Part shown: positions 26,784-38,733 of the stretch, piece after piece
How positions within the stretch are numbered: the stretch's first letter is position 1
Layout of the letters: each line of letters opens with the position of its first letter
DNA from: Magallana gigas
Lineage: Eukaryota
Direction: 5' to 3'
DNA: 64,000 nt
NCBI RefSeq assembly: GCF_963853765.1
Contig: NC_088859.1
Span: 43,648,001-43,712,000, forward strand
Made by a program: the position numbers and the translations under genes
Notes under the pieces: model-generated
Seen by the model: the letters and a program-made list of their open reading frames with translations, nothing else
Database searches by the model: none
Told to the model about the DNA's origin: nothing

Positions 26784-28030
26784 ACTTATATTTACGTGAT
26801 TTTCAGCAATTATATGTATAAACATTGATGAAATTATTGGACTATTCGTTCCAAAATCGATTCTTAGTGTTATCACAGATAAAGGCACTAGAAAATGTAA
26901 ATAAAATCGTATAAAAAGTTGCGTTATATTGCTTTAAAATGTCCTAGTCCATTGAAACGACTTTTAGGCAAACAAAAAACTAGCTGCAGGTCACAAAACA
27001 GTGGCTGTTTTGTCATTTTCGATGAATATAAAAAAACTGGGTTACTGTAAAACGGTTTATCTTTTAAGCGAACATACAATTACCCATTGTATATCAGACA
27101 TACAGTGTATTTATCGGTGTGCGTGGCACCACAAGTGCTCTAGCAAAGCCATCACTTGGAGTATTATACAATGTATCCGTTAGGATGACATTTTTACATT
27201 TTTAACACGTTCGAGGATTGTTTTTGGTATTTGTCATTATTCATGCCAGAGCAGAATTTGGTAGATATACACGTATGTATAATTTTTTCATATTACTCGC
27301 TTAATTAAATCATTCATCGAAATATGCACCGTTTCTATTGTGTGAAGATCACCTCACGCTTAATACGTGCAGTCAGCTAGAGTTGCAATAGCGTGATAGA
27401 TTTGAAAAACAGCTGCTCAAATGTGATGATATGCTACAAGAACCAAAATAACACAGACCACCATTGTGTTGAGATGGTACGCGACACTGAAGGGCCAAAA
27501 TAACCTCCGCTGTGTTCGGATGGTATAACATAGTTGTCTCGGCACACTCATCTCTCATGTTTGATATTGTTAAAATTAATCTTTGGAATGTTTCTCTATT
27601 TTGTTTTCATAGAACCTTCATATTTTTGCTGATTTGTTATGCTCGTATCGGGTATTTTAGTTTTACACAGAGTAGTAGCATCGTTTGCTGCGATACGTCA
27701 ATGCATACATAGAATTGAATAAACATTGAAGGTTATGTATTTAGAATGAAGAATACTCGGTAGTCAATATTGCATGATGTTCTGGAGCAAAGGGAGTAAA
27801 TTGATAAGCTCGTATGACACGCTATGCTGCAAACATTTATAGTCGAAAACAAGAAAAAAATGGTCAATACAGCAAGCACATGTAATCCAATCGGCTCTGT
27901 TCAATAATCAATTGAATTCAGACAAATATTCACAAAATTCCAACTTGAGTAGAATTACATGTAGCTGTAGACAATATTGACTATACTTACTAAAAGAAAC
28001 ACATACTAGTACGGTCACTAATTATATCGC

Positions 28031-28032
28031 AC

Positions 28033-28065
<33 letters not shown>

Positions 28066-28076
28066 TGTGTGTGTGA
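28031..28076. repeat. (GA)n(GT)n microsatellite
   Basis: Seen directly, ~125 bp upstream of the second GT31 start codon. Confidence 0.9.
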
Positions 28077-28199
28077 GTTGAAGAGTATTTGAAGTATTTT
28101 ACCGAAAAGTCTACCAAATTCCACTTGCAACTTATTTAGACTTCCTTATAAAATACTAAGTATTAAAGTAGATGTTCTTCTTTCGTTGTAGATTAGATC

Positions 28200-29285
28200 A
28201 TGCGATACCGGTGGAAATCCGCTCTGTGTCGGTGGAAATTGGTGGCTACATGCCTATCCCCGATATTTGTAGTGTTCTTCTTTACTTTACTTTTACACCA
28301 ACCGTCAGACGGCCAGATATCTGTTCAACAGAGAAGAACCCCCGAAAAACCTACACTACTCACAAACTACACAAAAAATCCTTACAACATATCCCATCCG
28401 TATGATGTCAACTTTGAGGAGTTACTTGTGATGAAAGACAGCGGACAGGAGATTCCATTAGTACCTCTAAATTCGCACCCGTATAAATATATTTTGAATC
28501 CATCCAATGTTTGTAACGACCCCCCTCCCCAAAATGGGTCAATATTTGTACTAATACTCATCAAAAGTGCGCCGGATAACTTCCATTTAAGACAGACTCT
28601 TCGAATGTCAATGGAGAAGAACCCAATTGAGCAGGGCTATGTTCGAATCGTTTTCTTGATGGGAACGTCAAAGAAAGAACATAATAAGAACATTTTGATA
28701 GAAAATGCATTATATGGAGACATTGTACAGCAAAACTTTGTGGATTCTTATAAAAATCTGACCATTAAAACCGTCATGGGATATAACTGGGCAGTGGAGT
28801 ATTGCTCGAATGCTACTCACATACTTTACAAAGATGATGATTTCCATTTTAACGTGAAAAATCTACTGAAATTTCTGTCAAATCACGAACATCCGCAGTC
28901 GTTACTGGTGGGGTACAGAGTAGAAAAGGCCCCCGTGATGCGTCATCAGGCTAGTCCACATTTTGTGAAGAAAGAAGATTATTCAAATAATAAATATCCG
29001 CCATATTTAGCTGGAGGTGCCTACGTGGTTAGTATGGACGTCGCCAAGAGGTTTGTAGTGGCATTCCCTTATGTCAAGTACATTGCAGTGGACGATTCTT
29101 ACCTTGGAATCGTCGCAATGAAGCTAAATGTTCTTCCGCAGATGAACGATAGTTTGTTTTCTTTCAAGGACTGCAAAGATTTAGACTCCAAAGTGATTGC
29201 CTGTAGGGGATATACGTCGCATAAAGAGGTGTTTTCGGCGTGGAAAATGTACGTGAAGCGAGTTTTATCCAAATTTTACATCTGA
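28200..29285 (+). CDS. Beta-1,3-galactosyltransferase 1-like (GT31), single coding exon, 361 aa
   Basis: TM helix near the N-terminus. Motifs LILIKSAPDNFHLRQTLR, RIVFLMG, YGDIVQQNFVDSYKNLTIKT, KDDD, YPPYLAGGAYVVS and VDDSYLG. An acceptor TTCGTTGTAG just upstream suggests a 5' UTR intron. Confidence 0.93.
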   Translation: MRYRWKSALCRWKLVATCLSPIFVVFFFTLLLHQPSDGQISVQQRRTPEKPTLLTNYTKNPYNISHPYDVNFEELLVMKDSGQEIPLVPLNSHPYKYILNPSNVCNDPPPQNGSIFVLILIKSAPDNFHLRQTLRMSMEKNPIEQGYVRIVFLMGTSKKEHNKNILIENALYGDIVQQNFVDSYKNLTIKTVMGYNWAVEYCSNATHILYKDDDFHFNVKNLLKFLSNHEHPQSLLVGYRVEKAPVMRHQASPHFVKKEDYSNNKYPPYLAGGAYVVSMDVAKRFVVAFPYVKYIAVDDSYLGIVAMKLNVLPQMNDSLFSFKDCKDLDSKVIACRGYTSHKEVFSAWKMYVKRVLSKFYI

Positions 29286-30763
29286 TTCCTTAGGAAGGAC
29301 GTATTGTTTTGTGTTCAATATTTGGTAGCTTTCCGTGAAAATCAAAATGTTTACATCATTGTGTTACTTTCAAACCTCTCATGCCAAGGTCTGACTGTTT
29401 CTCTTCTTGAGAATTGTCACAGGATGTGTTCTTAAATGGTATACATGTACATGTACATTCATTTTGAATCAAATGCCGAAACTGATCTATTTTGAAAAAA
29501 AAATTCAAATAAATGGTCAATAAAACTTTAGCACTGTATACATATTTTTGAGTTTGATTTGTATTTTCAAAGAAGTGTTTAGTTTTCTACGGATTTTGGA
29601 CATGTTTGGTACAAATGATTCACCCGACAGAAGCTGGCTGTTGAGGATCGTTAGCTAGTCGTTCAATCTATGATATTGTGTAGCGTGCTGCAACAGATGA
29701 TGATTATGATAATACATATATATGTGTGGATGTGAAGTCGACTGTTTCATATTCAGTCCCTTGGAGACGCATCCTTTCGAGAACATGCGATTGGATAAAG
29801 TAATGAATTATTATGGCTTATATACTAAAATACATTGTATGAGGCGACATGAAACGAAAGTTCACAAATAAACGAAATCGATAAATGTGTTAATTATATA
29901 CATGTATGTACATAATGTTTTCAACATAGACAACGTCATTATAGTTTACATATATATGTACATGTAAAATGAAGTCAACATTTTCTAAGTAATGACTAAA
30001 CTATAACTGCCCACTTAATGAAAGCTTATTTATTTCTTTGTCGTATATAATGCTAATTTTGCGATATTAGAAACTAGACCCGTTGTTGGCAATGTGATGA
30101 GCTGTATAAAAGGAAGCGACAGATAATATTAAGGGATATTTTTTGAAACATATTTATAAGCGATTCACGTTTTTGTGAAATTGCGCGTGCGCAGTAAAAT
30201 TAATCAGATAAATGGCATGGAGAAAGAGGCATGAAAACAAGTTTGCTTACCGAATTTATTCGCATAAGAATACTTTCATGACGTTGACAAAATAATTTAT
30301 TCCTTCAGTACTTCCCTTACGAATAATAAAATTTAGCAATATCAATAATTAACATATACACCACTAGTTTCACACCATCAGAAAATATAAGATAAAAAAG
30401 TCAATATAATTATATATTTATCCCATGATGTTGAGGGAAAAAGGAGGATTTCCCGAGGTCAACGCCCATGAGAAATGTGATTTTTCTCGGGGAATAAATC
30501 TTCATATATTTATCTATAAATTATTTATTATGCCGAACCACAGGTGATAATATAGAATACACCAGATCCTTTTTAAGCAAAAACGTCGTTTTCTTACAAA
30601 AAAAAAACAACCCAGGTTTTTCTATGTCAATTTATCGTTTTTCAATAATTCGAATAATTAGTTTTCTGATAAAAAAGGATAAAAAATGTTGAGATAATCG
30701 ATAAAATCCTAAAACATCGCATGCTTATCCTTGGGATTTTTCATACGGGCTAGATGTCCTCTG

Positions 30764-31030
30764 TCAAAGGTGTACGTGGCATATTTAGGTGAAACACGAT
30801 TTTAGCGTAATTGTCACGGTAAATGGAATAAATACCCCCATTTAAGGCGGGTTTATTCAAATCTTTGTATTTTTTTACGGCACGTAAAAAAATAAAATAA
30901 AAAATAAAATATATATTATATTTTTCATTTCTCGTATCTTTTTTATGCGATGAACTTAGACAGCGTAATTTATGTAAAAGTCCTATCTGACTAATATTAT
31001 TAACTAAAAATACGCCACATACACCTTTAA
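30764..31030. mobile_element. TTAA-ended (Kolobok-like) MITE
   Basis: TCAAAGGTGTACGTGGCATATTT matches the reverse complement of the right end, TTAAAGGTGTATGTGGCGTATTT. Confidence 0.6.
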
Positions 31031-31549
31031 CTGTGAGTAATGAGGTTTAAAACTAAAATAAAAAGGAACTACATGTTTTTAGGTGTGCCAAATTATTACA
31101 TTTCTCACGCTCTTCTTTTGTCAATGATAAGTCAAGGTTACTATAAGGACACACACTGTAATTCCCGTCCTTGATATCGTCTTGGTATTTGGTACAGGTA
31201 AAATTACCTGTTAACGTTAATGAATATTAGAGTATTGATTTTTTATACAGTTAATCAAAAAAGGCCATTCATACCTCGGTGGGTTATGGTACAAATTGAA
31301 TCTACTGAAAATGCGTCGATAAATTCTACCAAGTCCACATTACATAATAACTCATATTACATAATATATAAGAATTAAATATTAATTAGACAAATTTCTG
31401 CTATCCTTTTTCACGATTTAGATCATATTATGAAGAATTTTTGTAAATCAAAATCGATTTGACCGTGAAAAATTCTAGTTGTCCGTTTTACACACTGAAA
31501 TACGTATTATGACATTATATGCCTTAGAGTCATCGCAAAAACAAATACA

Positions 31550-31935
31550 TTTAGTTCACCTGAGACAAACATTCAAGCTGATTTTTCACCAACTTTGTCT
31601 GTGGCCGTCGTTGTCGTCGTAAACTCTTCACATTTTCATCTTCAGCAGAAGAACTGAGTCAATTTCAACCAAACTTGGCAAATGGTATGCTTAATAGGTA
31701 AAGCGTTTTTAAGTTTGCTCAAATTAAAGGCAAGACGCCCTTTAGAGGAGGAGATAATGGGGAAAAAATGAAAATAGGAGAGGATGTTAGAGACATTTCC
31801 CCAATGACCAAATAGTTTATAACATCCAAACTTAAACATTAGCTTTCTATCATGTTTATATTGTAAAACTGATTGAATCAGCGATATATCAGTTGGCCAT
31901 TGTTCCTTGTGTGAGCGATGTGGCTCCTTGATTAA
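31550..31935 (+). mobile_element. Helentron/HINE-like element
   Basis: TTTAGTTCACCTGAG start, (GTC)n microsatellite, TTCAACCAAACTTGGCA motif and GTGAGCGATGTGGCTC end. Confidence 0.6.
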
Positions 31936-32864
31936 CATATTTCAAGGGTCATCATTTCATAAGAACAAAATATGCTGATAAACATTCACATTTGGTTTCT
32001 TTTGAATTCGGGATGGGACGAGGGGTTATGGATTTAATTAATAGACAAAAAGATGGACGTACTAATAACTTCGTGAACAGCCAGTGTGCTGATTAACAGA
32101 TTTAGATTTATTAATTCAGACTTTTCTAAAACAGTTAAACTGTTATAGATGGGTTTGATCATGGATGTATTTTAAACGTTTACTGTAACAAATGTATAAT
32201 TGATATGGGAGATAATGCTCCCGGTAACCCATAAAATATCCAGCTGTTTACAGAGAGGATGGGAAAACTACGTCGCTAAATTCCAAAATTTACCTGGACT
32301 TGTTGGATGTCACCTTGTAATTAAGTTGGTCGACGTGGTTTTTTCCTTCAAATTTAATCTTATCTATTTCCAAATTTAGAAAAGGGTACAGTAGTGCTAT
32401 TTTTGTGTGTTTTGAGGTTAATAAGTCTAGCGATACAAGACAACATATCAATTGTCTAGCTTTGCGATGTATCCAACTGCAAATTCATATTTCTTTCTAA
32501 CAATTGATTTTTCACAGTATCCATGATTCTTAGATTTTTTTCTTGATAATTGGCAAGTTTTGAACAATTAAGATCGTAAAGAAACTAACAAACATTATTT
32601 GATAATATCACCAGTACGAACATTGCATAATTATTTGATTTTCCAGCCAAGACAACAAGACCTTGGTTGGTCTATCTAGTTACACAGATCCCCCGAATCT
32701 TTCACGTACGCAGCTCTTTTTTTACCCAGTGCCTTTTGTGCAACCAATTCTTTGAGGCCTGGTAGAGACACACACTGTGTTCCTGATGCGACCGGTTATA
32801 TAATTTCTCGAGTTTTCCGAGTTCAAGAATAGGAACGGCTACGTCAAGTTGCTGAACATGTGGT

Positions 32865-33729
32865 TTAAAGGGACTTGGACACGATTTAAGCTCAAAACTT
32901 AAAGCAATATGAGCTGCAATTTTCACGTTGAATTTTTTTTTTCACAAAAATGTTATTTTCTACTAAAACTGACAAAAAAATCATGGTTTATTAATTTCTG
33001 TTAGCCTTATTTTTGTGGGAAAAGCTCTTTAAAAGCCTTAATTGAAGCAAAATTGAATTATTGTCGTCCAGTACAAAAATTGAACTGTTTTATATTCCTT
33101 AGAAGAGAAATCTTTCTTCTGACCAAAATAAAAGATTTTTTCAAATCTTATTTATCATAAAAGTTTAAGTTACATGCAGATTTATCATACTAGCAGGTTT
33201 TTGCAGCAAAATAAAATTCTAAGAAATACAGCTCATATTGCTTTAAAATCTTATTTTTCCAATTTTAATGTTTACAATGGTTAATATGGGTACTTTTAAT
33301 GCTTTACCAAAATTTGAAAGTCAAATATTGAGTTATCAGCAAGATACAGAGTTTGAAAATCTTTGTTTTGTTAAGCTCGAGCTTTGTTATGGTTTACATA
33401 TGTGTTACATTGGTATAAGTCTCTATCAAATGTTTTTTTTTCTGTTTATCATATTATCTATGAACAGTTTGAATCAGTTTACCTGGTTTCCCACGAGTCA
33501 TTTGGTCAAAGAAATGGTAATTCCATACTTTACATTATTTGTAAACAAATATAAGACTTGAGCTTTGTTTACATAACAATGACTTTTTACCTCTGTATCT
33601 CTCTTAAAACTTGACTTCTCACATTCAGATTTTGATCAATCATTCAAAATGAGCAAGTAAAGCATATGCATTTTATACATTCAATAGGAAAAAGAAAATT
33701 TTGATCTAAAATCGTTCAGGTCGTTTTAA
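32865..33729. mobile_element. TTAA-ended MITE, ~865 bp
   Basis: TTAAAGGGACTTGGACACGATTTAAGCTCAAAA is similar to the reverse complement of the right end, TTAAAACGACCTGAACGATTTTAGATCAAAA. A related left end lies near 46768. Confidence 0.55.
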
Positions 33730-33994
33730 ATAAATTAACTTACGGGTAATATATGTTGGATTTTCCCAGAATGATTAGATACAGTGGAACAAACAAGTTG
33801 CTCTTCAGATTGTTCATTGTTAAAACACTTAAATACACTCGTTCTAATCTGCACAGAATTAGATTATCTGTACTGCAGCGTTGGTCCTGAATTATGGATG
33901 TGTGTAAAAAGCATCAATAGTGGGGGTTTTTTTTGCTATAGGACCCTAGTACATAGTCCTGATTAATTTCAATCACGCGAAACACACCGCTAGT

Positions 33995-34759
33995 GTCAAC
34001 TTCCTGTTAAATGACGACTTTGTTTATTTTTAGCCTAGATTTTTTATAAATTTTCGTCAAAGATTTCTTATCAACTATTTATCGCAGTTGCTTGAAATTT
34101 TAACACACTCTTTGTTTAGACATGCCATATGGTGGGATCTATTTTTTGTACCAATCGGACGTCAACTTCTGGTTAAATGACGACTTTGTTTTTTTTTAGC
34201 CTAAATTTTCAAACATATTTTTATCAAAGATTTTTCAGCAAACATTTATTGCAGATGCTTGAAATTGTTACACACCATTTGTTTTGCAAGTCAGATGGTG
34301 GAATGTACCTTTGAACCAATCGAAAGTCAACTTCCTGTTCAATGACGACTTTGTACATTTTTTGCCTAAATTTTTATATATATATTGGTCAAAGATTTCT
34401 CAGCGACTATTCATCGCAAGTGCCAAATTTTTTTACACACTCTTTGTTTTGGCATGCAATATGGTGGGATATATTTTTTGTACCAATTGGGCGTCAACCC
34501 TCGGTTAAATGACGACTTTGTTTATTTTTAGCCTAAATTTCTATACAAATTTATACAAATCGTCAAAGATTTCTCAGCAACTATTTATCTCAGATGCTTG
34601 AGACTTTAACACACTCTCTGTTCAGGCATGCCATATGGTGGGATCTATTTTTGTACCAATCGGGCGTTAACTTTCTGTTAAATGTCGACTTTGCTTATTT
34701 TGCATATTCACATAATAGCGGGGGTATTACTAGTGAGCATTGGCTCACATATGTCTTGT
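33995..34759 (+). repeat. ~166-bp tandem array (~4 copies) with a HINE-like 3' end
   Basis: The GTCAAC anchor recurs at 33995, 34161, 34326, 34493 and ~34666. The array ends GCGGGGGTATTACTAGTGAGCATTGGCTCAC...TCTTGTT with a small hairpin. Confidence 0.85.
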
Positions 34760-37445
34760 TCTCACACTTCTGGTAATCAATTCTTTTCTTTGAAATGACT
34801 ACATTGTATTGCTTAAGGTATTATACTTTTAATCAGAATGAAAATGAAAAAATGAATGAAAAAAATTCCACTGATGATAATGACAAACTTTCTATAGTGT
34901 GTTATAGACCTTTTAATGGTAGTGTTATTTTTCACTTTCAAAAAAGTATGTCAATGACCTACTTTTTGAGTTAATGGCCATTGGATATTTTTTGATTTAA
35001 GAAAAATCCCAAAAACTTTTACACCATGATTGAGATTTTATTAATTGTAAAAAATAATACAACTTGCTAAGCTCTTATAAAAATGAAATACAATTTCTGA
35101 ATGGCAGTGACGATACAAAGCATTAAGTTTTCATTCACAATTTATATATATATATATATATAAGTCCGAATTTCCTCTGTCAGTTTTCAAATCCTTACCT
35201 ATTTTTTATTCCATTTAACAAAATTTTTAACAATATTTTTGTAGTGTGTGCCATATGATTATCTAAATGTAAAAAGAGATAAAACAAACCGAACGTATGC
35301 AAAATTATGTTGACCAACACATAAAAATTTTAACATTCAATATTACAGTACTACCAAAAATATTCCAGTGAAAAACGAAATCTGAAAAATGTAGTCCGAA
35401 TTTCTTCTGTTTTGCTAAAATTCCACTTTGTTCAAGCCTAATTCCATCATATAGTAGAAATATCGAATGTTATATCAATAATAATTCATTTCATTAATAC
35501 TTTTTGTGTTTATAACACATTTTACTCATGACATTGAACTTAATAACAATCCAAATCTGAGAACTCAAACCCTGAGTAAACAACTTCCTTAAGTTTATGT
35601 ATAATTCAACATTTATTTTCAAAAATGATTTTATGAAAAGAAAGGTTGGGGGGGGGGGTTAAAAAAAATAAGAATATGAAATATATTTAGTTATGTTTGT
35701 AAAGGACATATATAAAGATAAGGGTCATTATTTTAAAAAGTGACAGAATAAAGAAACCCTGGGCACACAACCTCTCACATTTCCTAAGTGCGTTATTTCT
35801 ATTCTACTTGTCTCTACTGTCTTGCGTGTATCTTACGCAATGTTTATGGTATAGAAGATACAAAATAGATCGGTTTTCTAAAGTTGATCGGTAACAATGA
35901 TATTAAAGGTAGGATCATCAAACACAATCCACAAAACTTGATATATCTTTCAGAAACTTGAAAACGAGACGGCTGGAATTTTGGCATATAACTTAAAACC
36001 TAACACAACCTCTAAATTGGCCTAACATCAGTTTTGGTATGTACCTAAATTCTGACTTGTCTATTTTATTTGTTGATTAAAGTTCTCTTTTTTAAGAAAA
36101 CAAAAAAATAAACAAAAAAAAAACCTTGTTGAGACAAACTTTAAGACGATGCCCAATTAATGGTCAGGCCAAATTTATGCCAATTCTATGCCATGGATGT
36201 AAGGCGAAGTTAGGTTTTTGTGAATATCGTCGTAGCGCTCTGGTCCGGGGATCCTTGGGATGAAGGATATCAATTACCCTTTAAAGTGCTTTCTGAAATC
36301 TAGGAAATCTGGCATAAATTTGTTGGTTTTGGCATCAAATTTCAGTCTTGATCCTTTAGCTTTTAAAGGTTAGTGTACATTCTTTATGAAAATAATCAAA
36401 ATTTATTGATCTGATTGCAGAGCATGCATGGTAAGCGTAAAACAATTGTTTGATTTGGGCTACATAGTTAATAAAAAAAATAATAATGGAGAATTGTCTC
36501 TTCAACTAACTCTATTTCTCAATTCTTTATTCACTGAAAACTAGATCACAGGTAGATTAGAAGCATGGATCAAGTACATACAAACACAATGATAAAAATG
36601 CAAGTACAATATTAATGTATTAACTTGAAAATGTGAATTGTTCAGGAAGAACAGAGGTCTTTAAAATTTATCGATCTTAATGTATCTTATTCTGTTTTAA
36701 GGTTATAGCGCACATGATCATTATTTTCTTATTTAGTAATTACATGTATGTATTTTCTAATCATCGCATAAATACTATTATTTCATAACTGCACAACTGT
36801 TATAAAAATATCGGCGGCATATTTCAATTGGGTAGATATTTTTTTTAATGAAATAGTCAAATAAAATGCGTCAAATTTATAATTTTGCTGGATGGTTGCA
36901 AGTTCAAAATTAACAATATGACATCTTTTAATTTTGTCGTTACATCCACCCAGTAAAGTCCAAGTTTAAAATATGACACATAGTTAAAGGGAATTAAATC
37001 TATCTACAGATTTCAATGAAATACTTTTCAAGAAATTCTTGATACAGCCACATTAAGGAGTGAGAGGCCCAAGAAAATCCGTCAATAAACTCATAAACAA
37101 TATAAACAACTATACCAAAATTAATTAATTTCTTGCCATTCCAAGGCATGTGTAATTAATGATGTAATTCAAAAGATCCTTGTAATTTGATCTAAACAGA
37201 AACGCAATTAAGTTAAAGACAAAGCTTTGAGTTTTCAACCTGTAAAGCTCTGTTTTTTTACGATGATCAACGATATCAGGGCGACTCTGTATGGTTGATC
37301 TTCATACATCAAAAGTAAACCTAATACTGTGAAATATAAAGTTACTTAATCTGTTGAAGCAGCTTATGTAAAATGATCTAATATTGATTGAAGTGAAATG
37401 ACCCTGGAATCAAGAAAGTATCTCTTTCGCATTATTAGAATGTCT

Positions 37446-38733
37446 TCAGAAATAAGCACCGATGGAATCTCTCTGCTCGTTGCTCGAGTCTGACTTGGTT
37501 TCATCGTGATTTAGGCCAGAATTCTCTTTTTCTGGGGTAATATTACCCCTCTCGACTCCCCCGTTTAACCTTAAAGAAAGAGCAGAATTGTCTAGCTGAT
37601 CTCCCTGACCCGATTCCACTGAAGTAAATATATCAGTTATCTCGTGATCAGCGTTCACTGGGGCGCGATCCTCCGAATCAGTCTCCTTTGACTCCGTCTT
37701 AAACTCGTCCACCTCAAACCCGCCGCTGTTCCTCGGGACGTCGTAGATGGAAGATTCACAGATGGATGATGCAGACAAGACTTCTCTTGCCAAAGTGGTA
37801 CCCTCTTCATCGCTACTGATCGCTAGCGTGTAACTCTGTCTTCGCGGTGCGCCGCGAAGGCTTCCCGCACCAGATACGGAACTTGTAGATGATGCAGGGC
37901 TATTCTGAATTAAAGAAGGGCTATCGTCATTTTTCGTTAGAAATTGTAAGCTATATCTAGAAACAAATGTTTTCTTTATGGCCTCCATGTCTTCTATGGT
38001 AGATTCATTTTCATTTACTGTGTTTTTGAGGTTCCGATCAGGATAGGACAAATTTATATAATCATTTATACTTTTTACAGAACTCGGTGTGACCTCGTTA
38101 AGTACGTGCGAAGATCTCGACATTTGCCTAGTTTCTGACAGTTGCGTGTTCAGCTCTGTTTCTATTGCTTTATTACCGGGGTGTATTGTGTCTAACCGAG
38201 TTTCGCTGTATGAGAAGTCACGACGCGGGCTACCGGAAGTTAATACTAAGCCAGGACTTCTAGGATTAGATAACTCATCAAGATCAGTAACTTGCTCATC
38301 AAGAAAATCTAAATCAACTATTTTCTCGGATTCATGGGAAGAGTGTTCTTTTGACAAAGCTAAAAGGGTCAGAGCTGTCAGTTTAGAAATCCTGATAGAG
38401 TCTCCTTCCTCTAGTTTGCGAAGCTTTTCGTTGCCATGGTTATGTATCGATTTTTGTTTATTTTCTGCATTCTCTGGTTTATTGCTCTCGGCGTTGACAA
38501 TGTCTTCTTCAAAAGCCTCATTGTGAGCTCCAGGAATAACACTAATACCCGTGGACGTCCCATTTCTGTGTTTCAACCCTACAAATAAAAATGTATCAAC
38601 AAACCAACAAAGGATAAGGCCTAATCATTTAATTCAATTAGTGGGACTGTATTTAAGGATGAAACCAAAGTAACTACTCACAATCATTTGTTCTCCAAGG
38701 TATTTGGTTGGAGCGCATCACATTTCCGCCCCT
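37446..38733 (-). CDS. Candidate long cytoplasmic tail exons (38733-38682 and 38578-37446), Ser/Glu-rich, ending DSIGAYF*
   Basis: A 376-codon open exon with acceptor TTTTATTTGTAG. A 52-nt exon upstream (acceptor ...AAAACAG, donor GTGAGT) joins it in phase 1. Confidence 0.7.

Noticed and set aside
38089-38526. 145-aa plus-strand ORF, and similar ORFs at 22356-22799, 42518-42811, 43149-43358 and 53904-54134
   Set aside because: These are antisense shadows of real coding exons.
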